Origin: Acidobacteriota bacterium
Lineage (GTDB): Bacteria > Acidobacteriota > UBA6911 > RPQK01 > JADFOI01
Length of the DNA: 64,000 nucleotides
Assembly: GCA_963663035.1 (NCBI GenBank)
Contig: OY760074.1
Coordinates: forward strand, 320,001-384,000
Reading direction: 5' to 3'
In this document: in pieces, positions 37,933 to 47,007 of the stretch
Layout: each line of letters starts with the position of its first letter
Numbering within the stretch: position 1 is the first letter of the stretch
The notes under the pieces: generated by a model
The model's input: the letters and a program-made list of their open reading frames with translations, nothing else
The model's database searches: none
What the model was told of the DNA's origin: nothing
Program-made: the position numbers and the translations under genes

Positions 37933-38925
37933 ATGAAGAACAAATTCAGTCGGCGAACAGTATTGGGAGGTGCGGTCGGTGCCGCCGGTTTGGTCGGTGC
38001 CAAGGGACTGTTGGGGGTTCCCACAGTTTCTCCCGCTGAGCTGGACGTTGAAGCTCACGATGCGAGAGTGATGATGACCGCCGGTGAGGTGGATCTGAGT
38101 CAATTCGATCCCTCCAAATTCCTGACTGATTTCGACTACGGGACGGTGAGTCAATTGCCCAGCGGTCAGACCTTGCGGGAGTGGGAGATCGTGGCGGTCG
38201 ACCAGGACCTTGAAATTGCACCCGGAGTCTATTTCCCGGCCTGGACCTATAATGGACAGGTGCCGGGTCCGACCTTGCGTTGCAGCGAAGGCGATAGACT
38301 ACGCATCCACTTTTCGAACGCTGGCAGCCACCCTCATACGATCCACTTCCACGGTTTCCATCCGGCCACCATGGATGGCGTGTTTGAGGTGGTTATGCCG
38401 GGTGAAGCGCTGGTCTATGAGTTTGATGGCGGGCCCTCCGGGCTGCATCTTTACCATTGTCACTCGGTTCCCTTGAAGAGACACATTCACAAAGGCCTCT
38501 ACGGCGCCTTCATTGTCGACCCCCCGGAGAAACGACCGGAAGCCCATGAGATTGTGCTGGTCATGAATGGATTTGACACCAATTTTGATGGAGACAACGA
38601 GGTGTATGCCGTCAATACCGTGGCCTTTCACTATCATCGCCATCCCATCGAGGTGAAGCTTCAGGAACTCGTGCGGATTTATCTGGTCAACCTTCTGGAG
38701 TTTGATCTGGTGAACTCTCTTCACATCCATGGCAATTTCTTTGACGTTTACCGGACCGGAACCAGGCTGACCCCGGATGAATTTACCGACACCATCATGA
38801 TGTGTCAGGGGGAACGCCATGTTCTGGAGTTGAAATTCCGACATACCGGGAAGTTCATGTTCCACGCCCACCAGAGTGAGTTCGCTGAACTCGGATGGAT
38901 GGGTTTTTTTGATGTAAAGGAATAG
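37933..38925 (+). CDS. Tat-exported two-domain multicopper oxidase
   Basis: SRRTVLGG Tat signal; HPHTIHFHG, YHCH...HIHKGLYG (T1 site in domain 1), LHIHG, FHAH (no Cys in domain 2). Confidence 0.88.
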   Translation: MKNKFSRRTVLGGAVGAAGLVGAKGLLGVPTVSPAELDVEAHDARVMMTAGEVDLSQFDPSKFLTDFDYGTVSQLPSGQTLREWEIVAVDQDLEIAPGVYFPAWTYNGQVPGPTLRCSEGDRLRIHFSNAGSHPHTIHFHGFHPATMDGVFEVVMPGEALVYEFDGGPSGLHLYHCHSVPLKRHIHKGLYGAFIVDPPEKRPEAHEIVLVMNGFDTNFDGDNEVYAVNTVAFHYHRHPIEVKLQELVRIYLVNLLEFDLVNSLHIHGNFFDVYRTGTRLTPDEFTDTIMMCQGERHVLELKFRHTGKFMFHAHQSEFAELGWMGFFDVKE

Positions 38926-38932
38926 CAGGCTT

Positions 38933-40099
38933 ATGAATCAGTGGATTCGCGGACTTTTTCCAATCATGCTTCTGGGAGGCTTTTTGGCGCTCTTTTTCGC
39001 CTATGGGCCTCTGGGGGTATTCCTTGCTGATTTCCCACCAGTCGAGGAGTTGACCATTGAGCGGGCGGTACTTCCCGAACCGGATCACATCGTTCTTCAT
39101 GTGATCAACGGGGGACCCCAGCCGGTTACGGTTGCTCAGATCACGGTGGATGATGCGTTCTGGCAGTACTGGACGGATCCGGAAGAGAAGACCATTCCCC
39201 GCCTGGGCCAAATGAGGATCGACATTCCTTATCCCTGGGTGGAAGGTGACACCCACGAAGTCGTGATCCTGACCTCAACCGGTCTGACCTTCAGTCATGA
39301 GATTGCTGTGGCGACCGAGTCCCCACAGGTGGGCTGGACCTACTTTTGGACCTTCTCGCTATTGGGTATCTATGCGGGTGTTATCCCGGTTTTCTTAGGA
39401 CTGCTGTGGTACCCCTTCTTGCGGGAACTCAGTTCAAGATGGATTTCTTTTTTCCTCAGTCTGACCATGGGCCTGCTGGCCTTCCTGGCAGTGGATATGC
39501 TGGAGGAGGCGTTTGAGAGTGCGGAGGCAGTCCCTGGAGCGTATCAGGGGATCGCGCTGATTGGCATGGGTGTTATGGGGGCACTGCTGATTTTGGTTTA
39601 TCTGTCCCACCTCAAGGTGAGACCCTCGGATCGGTCCAGTGCGGAAGGCCGTCACTGGACTGCCGTGATGATTGCCACAGGTATCGGACTTCACAATCTG
39701 GGTGAGGGTCTGGCGATTGGCTCTTCCTATGCCCTTGGCGAGATTGCTCTGGGGACTTTTTTGGTTGTGGGCTTCACTCTGCACAATGTCACTGAGGGAT
39801 TGGGAATTGTGACGCCCATTGCAAAGGATCAGCCTTCCATCGGTCGCCTGGTCGTGCTGGGACTGATAGCCGGGGTTCCTACAGTGTTGGGAACCTGGAT
39901 GGGGGGCTTCAGTTATTCTCCCCTTTGGGCCACCCTTTTTCTAGCCATAGGGGTAGGGGCTATTCTTCAGGTGATTTACCAGCTCATGTCGCTATTCGCC
40001 AGACGAGAAGACACGGGTTTCGCCAGCGCTTATAATCTCACAGGCTTTCTTCTGGGTCTGGGGATAATGTACGGCACCGGGCTCCTGGTTGTGTCCTAA
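38933..40099 (+). CDS. ZIP family divalent metal transporter with N-terminal extracytoplasmic domain
   Basis: GLHNLGEGLAIG and LHNVTEGLGI ZIP signature helices. Confidence 0.88.
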   Translation: MNQWIRGLFPIMLLGGFLALFFAYGPLGVFLADFPPVEELTIERAVLPEPDHIVLHVINGGPQPVTVAQITVDDAFWQYWTDPEEKTIPRLGQMRIDIPYPWVEGDTHEVVILTSTGLTFSHEIAVATESPQVGWTYFWTFSLLGIYAGVIPVFLGLLWYPFLRELSSRWISFFLSLTMGLLAFLAVDMLEEAFESAEAVPGAYQGIALIGMGVMGALLILVYLSHLKVRPSDRSSAEGRHWTAVMIATGIGLHNLGEGLAIGSSYALGEIALGTFLVVGFTLHNVTEGLGIVTPIAKDQPSIGRLVVLGLIAGVPTVLGTWMGGFSYSPLWATLFLAIGVGAILQVIYQLMSLFARREDTGFASAYNLTGFLLGLGIMYGTGLLVVS

Positions 40100-40111
40100 A
40101 GGGAGGATTGC

Positions 40112-40573
40112 ATGAGTAAGCTCATTCACACTTCAAAAACGAGAATCTATCAAGACAAACGACCCAATCGACGTGCATTTATCGAGCATTTTAAGGAACC
40201 TGTGGTTTTTGGAATGCACGGTGGCATCAAGGAGTTCTACGGGGTTGAGTCGGAGGAGGAGCATCCGGCGACGCTCGACTACATCATTGCTGGGGTGGGG
40301 GGCTGACTGACAGGAACGTTAGCAGGCGTGCTGGAAGCACGTGAAATCTCAGCGACTTCGGGTCAGCTCTACGCGGATGTTGAAGGTGACATAGAGGAGG
40401 TTGATGATAAGGCAATCATCACCCGGATTCGAGTGCGTTATCATCTGAAGGATGTCCCGCCAGAGAAGCATGAGGTCGTGGAGCGAGCTCTGAAGATTCA
40501 TGAGGACTTCTGTCCGGCTGCGGCCAGCGTCAAGCGAGGCATCGCCATCGAGTTCTCGTGCGAGTTTGAGTAG
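40112..40573 (+). CDS. OsmC/Ohr-like peroxiredoxin, probable selenoprotein (Sec65 at TGA 40304-40306)
   Basis: The 64-aa and 81-aa ORFs are in frame across a single TGA: DYIIAGVGG-U-LTGTLAG matches the OsmC first-Cys motif; HEDFCPAAAS is the second Cys motif; strong SD GGGAGG. Confidence 0.85.
40307..40345 (+). promoter_or_regulatory. Candidate bacterial SECIS element
   Basis: Hairpin CGTGCT-GGA-AGCACG (40327-40341) with a G-containing apical loop about 27 nt after the UGA. Confidence 0.6.
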
Positions 40574-40609
40574 ACGCCCTTGCGGCTGTTTAGAAACTGG
40601 GGTGAGTCC

Positions 40610-41461
40610 CTAGACGTCGCCCTCTTGAACCTGTCGTTCAATATGAGCCAGGTTGGCCTCAATGGAGTGGAAATATTGGTTTTCCCCACTACTGAAGTGG
40701 TGTGAAAGTGCCTTATGGACCCCGCCCCAGTGGGTCTCGAGCATCCGTTTTACATAGTCTTCATAAAAACTGCGAGTCTGCCTGAGTAAATCCTCGGCAC
40801 TGCTATAGTCGTTGATCCAGCTGTCGGTGATCTCTGAGTAGGCGGCAGCCTCCGCGAATTCCTCATAGAGTGCATACAGGCTCTCGGGGTAGTCTGGTGC
40901 AGCCATTTGACCGAGCATGTCACCCGTACCCAGGATCCACCCGAGAAAGCTTTCTTTATCGTTTTCAAAGGGAATGTCCCCAACCTTGACCTCCACGCCG
41001 GTACAGTCGATGGCAAGCTGTATGAGGCGAATCTCATCAGCAGTGACATCAAACTCTGGAAGAAATTTTGCCGCAAATTTCCCGCTCCGTTTGACATGAG
41101 AGAGGGTGTATTTGCCACCTGTGCCCTCATCATCACCGACCTGTTTAATGAACCCGCTATCGTGTAACAGGGTAGCGGCCACAATCAGCTCAAAGTCGCG
41201 GCAGCTCAGGACAGGAGAGTTTCCGCTTTTGATGTGTCCGTCTAGAATCCGAGCCACCGCTACGGTGGCCTTACCCGTATGGGTCAGGTCGTGATAAGCG
41301 GTATCGCTGTGCTGGTAGCCAGGATACCTTCCTTCAAACAAGTCCTGTACTCGCTCAAAGACCTTGAACAGGAAGGTTGTGCTCTGGTCCGGGAAACACG
41401 AGCTAAAGGTCTCTTTGACAAAATCGAAGGTCTTTTTTCTGTCGACGTCGATATTAACCAT
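40610..41461 (-). CDS. HD-domain phosphohydrolase-like protein
   Basis: YHDLTH, LLHDSGF, HVKRS, GTGDMLGQMA; ATG 41461 chosen because the longer ORF starts inside IS3. Confidence 0.75.
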   Translation of the reverse strand: MVNIDVDRKKTFDFVKETFSSCFPDQSTTFLFKVFERVQDLFEGRYPGYQHSDTAYHDLTHTGKATVAVARILDGHIKSGNSPVLSCRDFELIVAATLLHDSGFIKQVGDDEGTGGKYTLSHVKRSGKFAAKFLPEFDVTADEIRLIQLAIDCTGVEVKVGDIPFENDKESFLGWILGTGDMLGQMAAPDYPESLYALYEEFAEAAAYSEITDSWINDYSSAEDLLRQTRSFYEDYVKRMLETHWGGVHKALSHHFSSGENQYFHSIEANLAHIERQVQEGDV

Positions 41462-41505
41462 GACTCCGGCTTCCTCTGACCTGCCCCCACGAACGAGTCC
41501 ACCCT

Positions 41506-42410
41506 CTATGCTAGACCCGGGACCATTTGAAGTCCACTCCAAGGGATTGGATCCAGTGCCTGCGACCTAGGTAGTTTGGCCTCTGGCGCCGGCGGCCGAT
41601 AGGCCAAGGCGCTGTGAGGCCGGATCTGATTGTAATCCCTCCGCCAGCGTTCTACCAACACCTTGGCTTCCCCCAGCGTGTCGAAGATCTCCATGTTCAG
41701 CAGCTCATCCCGTAGTTTCCCGTTGAAACTCTCAATGTACCCATTCTCCCAGGGGCTGCCCGGCTCGATGTACAAGGTCCTTACCCCAACAGCCTGCAGC
41801 CAGTCCCGGACCGCCTGTGCCGTAAACTCCGATCCGTTATCGGACCGGATAAACTCAGGCACTCCCCGATCAACGAATAACTCCGCCAGCCGGTCCAACA
41901 CGTCTTGGTGATTCATCTGCCGTTTCACATCAATGGCGAGGCACTCTCTGGTGTACTCATCCAGGATCGTCAATAGCCGAAAGGCTCGCCCATCATGGGT
42001 CCGTTCATGCACGAAATCATAGCTCCAGACGTGGTTCTTGCGAGCCGCTCGTAACCGAACACAGGAACCGTCATTAAGCCACAGCCTCCTTCGTTTCGGC
42101 TGTCTGGACGGGACTTTCAGCCCTTCTTGTCTCCACAGCCTCTCCACCCGCTTAGGATTCACCTTCCACCCTTCCCCATGAAGTATCGCCGTGACCCGCC
42201 GGTAGCCATAACGCCCGTATTGCTTAGCAACTCCACCATCCGGGCCACCAATCGGGCCTCATCATCGGGAATTTGCCTTTCCCTTCGCTGGGTCGATCGA
42301 ACCTGTCCCAGCACTTGGCAGGCCCGACGTTCGGAGACTCGCTCTGCTCCTAATCGCTCTCGTACCCACATCACCGCTCGTCTCCTGTTCGCCGGGCCTA
42401 GAAGTTTCCC
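41506..42410 (-). pseudogene. IS3 OrfB (DDE transposase) with an extra frameshift near 42228
   Basis: [29 protein letters not shown]; the N-terminal part (VSERRACQVL) is out of frame with YGRYGYRR. Confidence 0.8.
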
Positions 42411-42676
42411 GAGGACACTTCCTTCAGGATCTGCTTGTCCAAAGACAGATCCGCCACCAGCTTCTTCAACCGGGTATTCTCCTTCTCCAACACCTTCAAC
42501 CTCTTGGCCTGGTCCAACCGGAGCCCTCCGTACTCTTTGCGCCACCGGTAGTAGGTCTGCTCGCTCACCCCCATCTGCTTCGACACCTGTCCCACCCTCT
42601 GTCCTTGGGCCAGACCCACCTCTGCCTCACGCAGCTTCATGATGATCTGTTCTGCCCTAAACCGCTTCCCTGCCAT
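42398..42676 (-). CDS. IS3 OrfA (HTH)
   Basis: EQIIMKLRE, VSEQTYYRWRKEYGG, LEKENTRLKKLVADLSLD; ends at a GGGAAAC slippery site. Confidence 0.9.
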   Translation of the reverse strand: MAGKRFRAEQIIMKLREAEVGLAQGQRVGQVSKQMGVSEQTYYRWRKEYGGLRLDQAKRLKVLEKENTRLKKLVADLSLDKQILKEVSSGNF

Positions 42677-43127
42677 CCTTGCCTCCTTCCTAAACCGGAA
42701 ATCCTAACATTCAAACTGGACTCGTTTTAGGGGGCAAGGTCACCTCTCATCAAGATTCTTAACATGGTCAGCCCAATGCTTTTCGAACAACTCGCGGTAC
42801 AGCCCTGTCGGTCACCTACTAGAGGCAATTTCCGTTCCAGAGTTTCCAGGCTGACCCGTGAAATCTGCTAAACCGCCTGCAGTTCAGGGATTTGTAGACC
42901 GATAGCGGGAAGTCGATTTCGAGCAAGGCCCTTGATTTCTCCCACAATTGTCAACGGAAGTTTACAGAAATATTCTGTGGGTGCAGACCGCCGAGGCGGG
43001 TACCACAACTTTTAAAGGAGCCCGAGGGCGTGCTAGACTCCGGCTCTAACCCCGCAAGGCTTGCAGTAGAAATATGCTCTGTAGCTTGTATCGGAATTGC
43101 CGCAAGTCCTTGAAAAAGAGAGTGGGT

Positions 43128-43204
43128 CGGGACGTGGCGCAGCCTGGTAGCGCACCTGAATGGGGTTCAGGGGGTCGGAGGTTCGAATCCTCTCGTCCCG
43201 ACCA
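43128..43204 (+). tRNA. tRNA-Pro (GGG)
   Basis: CGGGACG acceptor, D-arm GCGCAGCCTGGTAGCGC, anticodon arm CCTGA-ATGGGGT-TCAGG, GGTTCGAATCC, CGTCCCG-ACCA. Confidence 0.97.
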
Positions 43205-43213
43205 ATCTCGAGG

Positions 43214-44510
43214 GGTGCATTCCGGACACATAGGTTACAGTTTATTCCGAAGACATAGGTAACACCTTTGCACCAAAAGGGTTATTTATAGGTTCAAACC
43301 TTCTACTGTCTTCGTCAAAGTAACCGAGGTCGTATTCCATAAACGACACCAGCCAAATTTTCTCTTTGACCTCTTTGATTCCAACATCTTGACCAGCAAA
43401 CACCGTGCTGAAGTTGATCTTTTGACTTTTCATACAGATTCTGCCGCAGCTGGTGACGGTCACGGTGCGATCGTGCATGGGGTACTCGACGCGCCCGATT
43501 CCTCGGTAGGGACAAGATGCGGGAGTATAGACCTCGGACGGAAACTTCATGCCCAGGGCCTCATGAGGTCTCTCAGTATTGTATTCCGCCTGAAAGGCAT
43601 TAAACCTCTCTTGCTGCTGAAGAAGGTTGTGGGCAGCGGGAACGACTGTGGCCTTCTTGAGGGTGAGATGAAGGCGCTCATGCCTTCCGTTCTGCTCGGG
43701 ATGGCCGGGCTTGATCCTCTCGATTCGGATTCCTAGCCTAAGCCACCAGACGGCCAGTCGACTGAGTCCAAACAATCCGTTGGGTGATGCAAAAGGGACT
43801 CCGTTGTCCGTGCGGATCGCTTCCGGCAAACCTAACTCTTGAAAGGTTCTCTCGAATACGGGGAAAGCACCTCTTTCCTTAACACTGTCGAGAGCCTCGA
43901 TGGCGAGCAGATAACGGCTGGCGTGATCGCTCACGGTGAGAGGATAACAGTACCGTTTGTCTCCCAGCATGAACTCTCCTTTGAAGTCGGCAGACCAAAG
44001 GTCATTGGGATTCTGGCTGCTGGACAATCGAGTCCCCTCTGCCTTGAACCGTCGCCGTTTTCTACAGTTCACCAGGCCGTTGCGATCCAGAACCGCGTGA
44101 ACTGTGCTCACCGCAGGCGGCCGTACATTCGGAAACCTACGAATCAGGAGCGCCCGAATCTTGGGAGCTCCCCAATACGGCTTCTCTCGCTTTAGCCTGA
44201 CCAGGGTCCGTTCCACCTGTTCGGGCAGTTGGTTTCCGTAACGATGCGGCTTGCGGCTCCGATCCACCAGGGCGTAAGCGCCGGTGTTTTGATAGCGGTT
44301 CCAAATCTTGTAGCCCGTCTTTCTGGATATCCCAAACTCCTCACACAGACGGCTCATGGACTCCCCATCCAACAGCTTCGCTATAAATCTCATTCTCTCG
44401 TCCATCACACAGATCTCCTTCCATGGCATCTCTGGGCACCTCCCAGAAGAAGCCTATAAGTGTTACCCATGTGTCCGGTATAATTTGTTACCCATCTTTC
44501 GGAATGGGCA
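43214..44510 (-). mobile_element. IS481 family element inserted immediately after tRNA-Pro
   Basis: Terminal repeated motifs CCGGACACATAGGTTACA / TGTTACCCATGTGTCCGG, doubled at each end; boundaries approximate. Confidence 0.8.
43242..44429 (-). CDS. IS481 family transposase
   Basis: MPWKE, GISRKTGYK, WSADFKG, IRTDNGVPF, PEQNGRHER, YNTERPHEAL. Confidence 0.92.
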   Translation of the reverse strand: MPWKEICVMDERMRFIAKLLDGESMSRLCEEFGISRKTGYKIWNRYQNTGAYALVDRSRKPHRYGNQLPEQVERTLVRLKREKPYWGAPKIRALLIRRFPNVRPPAVSTVHAVLDRNGLVNCRKRRRFKAEGTRLSSSQNPNDLWSADFKGEFMLGDKRYCYPLTVSDHASRYLLAIEALDSVKERGAFPVFERTFQELGLPEAIRTDNGVPFASPNGLFGLSRLAVWWLRLGIRIERIKPGHPEQNGRHERLHLTLKKATVVPAAHNLLQQQERFNAFQAEYNTERPHEALGMKFPSEVYTPASCPYRGIGRVEYPMHDRTVTVTSCGRICMKSQKINFSTVFAGQDVGIKEVKEKIWLVSFMEYDLGYFDEDSRRFEPINNPFGAKVLPMSSE

Positions 44511-44551
44511 AGGCTTTCCCCCAATGGCAAAAAATGTTTAGCTCATATTCA

Positions 44552-46810
44552 ATGAAGGCAGGAGTCGAGCACGATAGAGTATCGGCTTTCGGAATCAGGC
44601 GGGTTGTCTTTTTTGTCTCGTGTCTCTGTCTGATGCATCTCCTGCACTTTAGTACTGCTTCCGCGCAGAATGTTCCGGTCGGCGATGGTGAAAAAACTGT
44701 GCGTGTGGTACGGGTTGAATCCCCGCCCATCATTGACGGCATATTGGATGACGCAGTTTGGGGACAAGCCGAAATGATCACCGACTTTCATCAGATCCGA
44801 CCCGGAAATGGTACAGAGCCTTCCGAGCCGACAGAGCTGTATCTGATCTATGACGATGACGCGATCTATATCGGTGCCCGCATGTACGACAGCGAACCGG
44901 AGCGGATCGCGGCGCCCACCGTTAGACACGGTCAGGGCCTGGGGAGAGACGATCGTATAGTGGTCATCCTTGACCCGTTCAATACACGACGGGGTGCCTA
45001 CCGCTTTGAGACGAATTCCAATGGCGTGCGGCACGATGCCCTCTACAAGAGCGTGAGCTCCTTTGATAGTGCATGGACAGTCATCTGGGATGTAGCGGCG
45101 ACCGTTTACGAGGACGGCTGGATGGCTGAGCTGGCGATACCTTTTAAGACCTTGCCTTTTGATCCATCGATCGATACATGGGGTTTTAACTTCGGGCGAG
45201 GGATCCGCCGCCGCGGCGAAGAGGTTGCCTGGGTGTCTCGCAATCGCAGCTATGATGCCAGCATCTTGGGGTCCGCAACCGGACTGGAAGGGCTGGACCA
45301 GGGCAGGGGCCTGGACGTCGTACCGTCGGTCTCCCTCAACCGACAGAACACCTATTCCCCATCGACAACAGATTCTAATTTTGATCCGTCATTGGATGTT
45401 TACTATCGGATCACGCCGTCACTCAATGCGTCATTGACGGTCAACACCGACTTCTCAGCGGCCGAGGTGGATGACCGGCAGGTCAATCTCACCCGCTTCA
45501 ACCTTTTTTTCCCCGAGAAGCGCGACTTCTTCCTGAACGACGCTGATCTGTTCGAGTTTGGAAGAATTGGCGGTACTGGGAATAGTGCGAGCTCAAGGTC
45601 AAGCAACAACAACGGGCGGCCGTTCTTTTCCCGACGACTGGGGCTGAGCGGGTCGGGAACACCGGTTGACCTGAAGTTTGGCGGCAAGCTCAGTGGTAGA
45701 GTGGGACCCTGGAACGTGGGTATGTTGGCGATGCGCCAGGATGCCTTTGAGTCCGTAGATGAAAGCACCGTGTTGGTGGGACGGGCCTCGGCCAACGTGC
45801 TGGATGAATCCAACCTAGGCATGATGGTCACGGCTGGTGACCCGAACTCCAATCTCGATAATGTTCTCGCCGGCGTCGATTTCCGCTACTTGAATACTCG
45901 CTTTCCCGGTGGTCGAGTTCTGGAGGCTGATGGGTGGTATCAGCAATCGGACACAGAAGGTCTGGAGGGTCAGGACTCCGCATTTGGCCTGGGAATGAGC
46001 ATACCGAGCAACACCGGGTGGCGCGGTGGTCTCTACCATAAGCAAGTGGAGACAAACTTCAATCCTGCGCTCGGATTCGTCAGCCGTTCGAACGTTCGGG
46101 ACACGACTGCCGACATGGGTTATACCTATTTCACGGGAGGTGGTTTCGTACAGGAGATTTTCTCTGGCTTTGACGTACAGCGCATCGGGTTCCTGGATGG
46201 CGGACTGCAGTCACAGGTTGTTCTTGGGCGGCTGGTCGAGATCCAGACCAACTCCAGGGACCAGTTCAGTGTTCACTACACTGCCACTAAAGAGGCAGTG
46301 ACGGAGCCGTTCACTATCTATGAGGATAATTCACAACAGGTCATTGTCCCACCTGGCAGCTACTCATTTGGTGAGACTGCGGTAAGTCTTGCAACGGGAA
46401 GGCAGCGAGATGTTTCTGGTGGGATGACATTTCGAACCGGGGATTTTTTCGATGGTACGCGACAGGATATCGCTGCAAATCTTTCCTGGAGGCAATCCAG
46501 GTACTTTAACTTGTCGGTCTCCTACAACCGAAACGACATCAAACTCCCCCAGGGGGATTTCGTCACCCATTTGTCGAGGCTCAACACCGGGGTCAACTTT
46601 TCCTCGACCGTGTATTGGGTGAACCTTGTTCAATACGATAATGTCTCCGAAGTGATAGGGGTTAATTCCCGTCTCGTATGGATACCGACCGCGGGTCAGG
46701 AAGGTCTCGTTGTCCTGAACCACAGGCGTCAGGACAGGGACAGGGACGGCTCATTCAGTTCCGAGTTGACGGATATTAACGTCAAGCTGAGTTACACCTT
46801 CCGCTTCTAG
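44552..46810 (+). CDS. DUF5916/CBM9-like domain outer-membrane protein
   Basis: IDGILDDAVW, WMAELAIPF, VNTDFS..EVD, FFPEKRDFF, C-terminal YTFRF; the ORF-track start lies inside IS481. Confidence 0.82.
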   Translation: MKAGVEHDRVSAFGIRRVVFFVSCLCLMHLLHFSTASAQNVPVGDGEKTVRVVRVESPPIIDGILDDAVWGQAEMITDFHQIRPGNGTEPSEPTELYLIYDDDAIYIGARMYDSEPERIAAPTVRHGQGLGRDDRIVVILDPFNTRRGAYRFETNSNGVRHDALYKSVSSFDSAWTVIWDVAATVYEDGWMAELAIPFKTLPFDPSIDTWGFNFGRGIRRRGEEVAWVSRNRSYDASILGSATGLEGLDQGRGLDVVPSVSLNRQNTYSPSTTDSNFDPSLDVYYRITPSLNASLTVNTDFSAAEVDDRQVNLTRFNLFFPEKRDFFLNDADLFEFGRIGGTGNSASSRSSNNNGRPFFSRRLGLSGSGTPVDLKFGGKLSGRVGPWNVGMLAMRQDAFESVDESTVLVGRASANVLDESNLGMMVTAGDPNSNLDNVLAGVDFRYLNTRFPGGRVLEADGWYQQSDTEGLEGQDSAFGLGMSIPSNTGWRGGLYHKQVETNFNPALGFVSRSNVRDTTADMGYTYFTGGGFVQEIFSGFDVQRIGFLDGGLQSQVVLGRLVEIQTNSRDQFSVHYTATKEAVTEPFTIYEDNSQQVIVPPGSYSFGETAVSLATGRQRDVSGGMTFRTGDFFDGTRQDIAANLSWRQSRYFNLSVSYNRNDIKLPQGDFVTHLSRLNTGVNFSSTVYWVNLVQYDNVSEVIGVNSRLVWIPTAGQEGLVVLNHRRQDRDRDGSFSSELTDINVKLSYTFRF

Positions 46811-47007
46811 TCTTCGGATTGCTCTGCCAAAACTGAAACCATTCTCCTTCGCACGGATCTTACCTCAAGCAAAGAAACTAAGGATTGGTCAAGGCGGAAT
46901 TATGGTGACAACCCACACCTTCCCTAACTGTTTTCCCATTGCCTTCAACCCCCAAAAGGCTCTAAGATCAAGGTGTCATGTACAAAAAAGAGGATAGGAA
47001 AGCCAGT

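Larger units (their letters stand above)
41477..42742 (-). mobile_element. IS3 family element (1266 bp) with 4-bp target duplication CCTC
   Basis: IRs TGACCTGCCCCCACGAACGAGTCCA / TGACCTTGCCCCCTAAAACGAGTCCA; CCTC at 41473-41476 and 42743-42746. Confidence 0.92.

Noticed and set aside
37933-38925. Copper nitrite reductase NirK
   Set aside because: It has HxH pairs of a trinuclear-cluster oxidase (HFH, HCH, HIH, HAH) rather than the NirK HNID and YHC..H...GM pattern
40112-40573. Two small genes or a pseudogene
   Set aside because: The TGA falls at the conserved Cys position with a downstream hairpin, so Sec readthrough is more parsimonious
42780-43040. Riboswitch or ncRNA upstream of the HD gene
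   Set aside because: A CAGCCCTG/CAGGGCTG stem is present but no recognisable conserved motifs; an Rfam search would be needed
43046-43262. Short ORFs on both strands
   Set aside because: They overlap tRNA-Pro and the IS481 end
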